A DNA stretch of 44,141 bases from Patescibacteria group bacterium (GTDB taxonomy: Bacteria > Patescibacteriota > Minisyncoccia > Phycocordibacterales > EsbW-18): positions 1 through 44,141 of the forward strand of contig JAUPUE010000042.1 in NCBI GenBank assembly GCA_030917725.1, written 5' to 3'. Positions 42,094-44,141 of this stretch are shown one piece after another (the stretch's first letter is position 1; the number at the start of each line of letters is the position of its first letter). The position numbers and the translations under genes were made by a program. The notes below the pieces were generated by a model, which had not been told where the DNA came from, did not search any database, and saw only the letters and a program-made list of their open reading frames with translations.

Positions 42094-42170
42094 TGGCGGA
42101 ATCGACGGGACTCGAACCCGCAACCTCCTCCGTGACAGGGAGGCGCTCTAACCAGTTGAGCTACGACTCC
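42094..42170 (-). tRNA. tRNA-Asp (anticodon GUC), CCA encoded
   Basis: GGAGTCG-TA-GCTC-AACTGGTTA-GAGC-G-CCTCC-CTGTCAC-GGAGG-AGGTT-GCGGG-TTCGAGT-CCCGT-CGATTCC-G-CCA. Confidence 0.9.
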
Positions 42171-42235
42171 AGACTTCTGCTGGACAGAGGTTATTGTACT
42201 TAAAAACCAACCAAAATCAACGTATGCCTATGCTA

Positions 42236-42309
42236 TGCCGTTGGCAGGAATCGAACCTGCGACCTAGGGCTTATGAGTCCCTCGCTCTAACCAACTGAGC
42301 TACAACGGC
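42236..42309 (-). tRNA. tRNA with CAU anticodon (elongator Met or Ile2/lysidine type), CCA not encoded
   Basis: GCCGTTG-TA-GCTC-AGTTGGTTA-GAGC-G-AGGGA-CTCATAA-GCCCT-AGGTC-GCAGG-TTCGATT-CCTGC-CAACGGC-A. It has G1-C72, so it is not an initiator, and an A31/G39 mismatch. Confidence 0.85.
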
Positions 42310-42426
42310 AATAAACACCACTTTATAACAAAAACGAGGTGGTGGAAAGCTACCTTTGTCGGAACAAGCCATATGCAGTACACTTTGTTCTACTAGATTT
42401 ATTACTAGTTTTAGTCATCACATCAT

Positions 42427-43179
42427 ATGGAACCACAGCACACACACCGCCCATGGCTCAAAGGCCTCGGGCTCGTCTTACTCGCAGGTATTGTCATCGT
42501 CTCAATTCTCCGCGACGGTATCGTCACCCCTTCATATAATCAAGTCTCGGTGATTGGTACCGGTAAGGTTGAATATGTTCCTGACACCGCCCACGTAACG
42601 CTCGGTGTTCACATCGAAGGTGCAACCGCGCAGAACGCTCTTACCCAGCTCAATGCAATCACCGCTCGCGTGATCCCAGCCATCGAAGCACTTGGTATTC
42701 CAAAGGAGAACATCTCAACACAAAACTTGAGTGTCTACCCTCAGTACTACTATCCATCAGATGCTCCAAGTGCTATCAGTGGCTACACCGCCGACCAACA
42801 GCTCACAATCGAAATCGCAATGGCATCATCGTCAGCCGACATGGTTGGACAGGTCATCCAGACAGCAAGTGCCCAGGGTGCCAATCAGGTTCAGAGCGTC
42901 ACCTTTGACGTCTCGAACCTCAGCGACCTCAAACAGCAGGCTGTCCTCGAAGCTATCACCGATGCACGCTCACGCGCACAGGTTGTCGCAGACGCAGCAG
43001 GCGTAAAGCTCGGCAAGGTTATTGGATGGTGGGAGAACCCAATCTCGGTTCCTGGCCAGCCAGTTCCCTACTACGATAGCTACGGTTACGGCGGCGAGAT
43101 GCGAGACCAAAGCATGAGCGTCCCAGCAGGCACTTCCGAAATCATCATGGAAGTGAACCTCAACTACGAGACAAAGTAG
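42427..43179 (+). CDS. SIMPL/DUF541 (BP26-like) periplasmic or anchored protein
   Basis: 250 aa. It has a TM anchor, then GTGKVEYVPDTAHVTLGV...A..AL..LNAI...V..AL...GI...NI.TQNLSVYPQY, the typical SIMPL pattern. Confidence 0.75.
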   Translation: MEPQHTHRPWLKGLGLVLLAGIVIVSILRDGIVTPSYNQVSVIGTGKVEYVPDTAHVTLGVHIEGATAQNALTQLNAITARVIPAIEALGIPKENISTQNLSVYPQYYYPSDAPSAISGYTADQQLTIEIAMASSSADMVGQVIQTASAQGANQVQSVTFDVSNLSDLKQQAVLEAITDARSRAQVVADAAGVKLGKVIGWWENPISVPGQPVPYYDSYGYGGEMRDQSMSVPAGTSEIIMEVNLNYETK

Positions 43180-43195
43180 ATTTCTCTGGTTGAAT

Positions 43196-43228
43196 ACAAA
43201 AACACCACGCAATGCGTGGTGTTTTTGT
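43196..43228. terminator. bidirectional terminator hairpin between convergent genes
   Basis: ACAAAAACACCACGC-AAT-GCGTGGTGTTTTTGT forms a 15-bp stem. Confidence 0.85.
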
Positions 43229-43953
43229 TATTTGATAGAAAGCGTATCAGCGATATAGAGAAAAGTCGTAAACGGACTTGCAAAAGAGAGTGTTGCCATA
43301 TTTGCCTCGCTTCCCACAACTACCTTGATGACTGAATCGTCTGTTTCAAACCAGAAATATGGTGAAGCCCAGTCTGACTCGCAGACACGGCGTATTCCTG
43401 TTTCGTCTCCCAATACAACTTCTCCAAAAGCACATGCTCCACTGAAATCCCGACCCGCTTCTTCTTCAAGACTTTTGAAGGAAGGATTCTTTGCGAAGAC
43501 GGTCACTGTTAAACCATCAACACTACCCTTAGGAGAGGACGGAGCCGAAACTGCATAAAATTCTTTTATACGTGTCATCGAGCCCTTGTCATAAGCATCT
43601 GGATACTCGGTGGTACCAACATCAGTAGAGGAAGGATAATCGAACGAGATCCCAGATTCTTCATCAACAAAATGCTTTCTACCGAGAGCGAATGTGACAT
43701 CATCCCCGGATGGACCAAATATGCTTTCAAGGAAATCTCCGAGATTAAGAGGGCTGGGAACAACGTGAACAACCGGTGTAGCGACTTGGGGTTCAGGTGT
43801 TTCCTTCAAATCACCCTGGCCAGTAGGAGGAGTGGACGAAGAGACTTGTTCGTATGGAATATCTCCTGTGATCTTCTCATAAGAATCTTTCCAATAGAAA
43901 TAGGCTCCACCAATGAGGATCACGAGCACCAAAAGACGGATGATGATTTTCAT
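43228..43953 (-). CDS. hypothetical membrane-anchored or secreted protein
   Basis: 241 aa. It has an N-terminal TM helix (IIIRLLVLVILIGGAYFYW). I recognise no family. A -10-like TATGAT lies 6 nt upstream of the ATG. Confidence 0.6.
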   Translation of the reverse strand: MKIIIRLLVLVILIGGAYFYWKDSYEKITGDIPYEQVSSSTPPTGQGDLKETPEPQVATPVVHVVPSPLNLGDFLESIFGPSGDDVTFALGRKHFVDEESGISFDYPSSTDVGTTEYPDAYDKGSMTRIKEFYAVSAPSSPKGSVDGLTVTVFAKNPSFKSLEEEAGRDFSGACAFGEVVLGDETGIRRVCESDWASPYFWFETDDSVIKVVVGSEANMATLSFASPFTTFLYIADTLSIK

Positions 43954-43986
43954 TGCTTTATCATAACCTCTGTAAGGTTATTAACG

Positions 43987-44018
43987 AAAAAGGACGCACC
44001 TTACGGCACGTCCTTTTT
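43987..44018. terminator. terminator-like hairpin with flanking A/T runs
   Basis: AAAAAGGACG-(12-nt loop)-CGTCCTTTTT. It is not obviously attached to any CDS in the window. Confidence 0.45.
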
Positions 44019-44028
44019 ATACTTGTTG

Positions 44029-44091
44029 CGGGGGCGGGATTCGGTCACGAGTCACTAATTCGCTCCGCTCATAAGTGCTCGCGACCCCGCC
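44029..44091. other. 63-nt imperfect long hairpin (candidate small structured RNA or palindromic element)
   Basis: GGCGG...GGTCACGAG...CACT-(17-nt apex with CGCTCCGCTC)-AGTG...CTCGCGACC-CCGCC. About 18 bp can pair, and the element is bracketed by two terminator-like hairpins. Confidence 0.35.
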
Positions 44092-44094
44092 TCA

Positions 44095-44119
44095 GAAAAG
44101 CTCCTCCCAGGAGCTTTTC
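44095..44119. terminator. terminator-like hairpin
   Basis: GAAAAGCTCC-TCCCA-GGAGCTTTTC forms a 10-bp perfect stem. Confidence 0.5.
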
Positions 44120-44141
44120 TTCCGGCCTGCTCATCCCTTCC

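Noticed and set aside
44029-44141. A possible 5' end of tmRNA (GGGGGCGGGATTCGG resembles GGGG...GGATTCGAC), or a tRNA or SRP RNA.
   Set aside because: The spacer between the acceptor strand and GGATTCG is missing, and a terminator-like hairpin follows after only about 65 nt. I could build no T-arm or D-arm for a tRNA. The conserved SRP domain IV motifs (GGAA tetraloop, AGCA) are also absent.

Overview
The window is 44.1 kb and gene-dense. I call about 48 CDS and 6 tRNA genes, and roughly 85% of genes lie on the minus strand. I saw no rRNA, CRISPR array, transposase or integrase. The genetic code looks standard: an RF2 with SPF and GGQ motifs is present and UGA is used as a stop.

The gene style is reminiscent of Patescibacteria/CPR-type genomes, but this is inference only. 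The features behind that impression are many small N-terminally anchored secreted proteins with L/Q/A-rich helices, a roughly 1,880-aa surface protein, peptidoglycan peptidases, little metabolism, and tRNAs mostly lacking an encoded CCA.

Recognisable core genes:
- Translation and division: an ABC-F ATPase and the run prfB-ftsE-ftsX-pyrG.
- Stress and repair: a small ORF-lexA-NUDIX operon with a clear GAAC-N4-GTTC SOS box, a GIY-YIG protein, and an ATL-like MGMT-family protein without the catalytic Cys.
- Regulation and redox: an OmpR/HK pair with rubredoxin, an ApbE-membrane-FNR cluster, a TspO/cytochrome-b5 cluster, FKBP and Csp.
- Cell wall: three anchored peptidoglycan peptidases.

Observations worth a second look:
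1. A near-identical ~90-nt inverted-repeat element lies ~50 nt upstream of both ABC-F and prfB.
2. A giant repeat-rich surface protein is tightly packed (1-nt gaps) with a MacB/FtsX-type ABC pair whose ATPase has a duplicated C-terminal extension.
3. A family of hyper-acidic secreted proteins is cassetted between two tRNA-Thr genes. One member ends in a (GAY)35 poly-Asp microsatellite.
4. tRNA-end fragments are fused to a shared GTCCCRC/GYGGGAC hairpin next to tRNA-Gln and tRNA-Thr.
5. A low-GC island holds an aberrant tRNA-like gene and a cysteine-desulfurase fusion protein, with a solitary MazF-like toxin next to it.
6. A TGGTATACT extended -10 box recurs, and -10-like hexamers sit 6-9 nt upstream of many start codons, which suggests leaderless mRNAs.

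All functional calls come from motif recognition by eye. No database searches were run.
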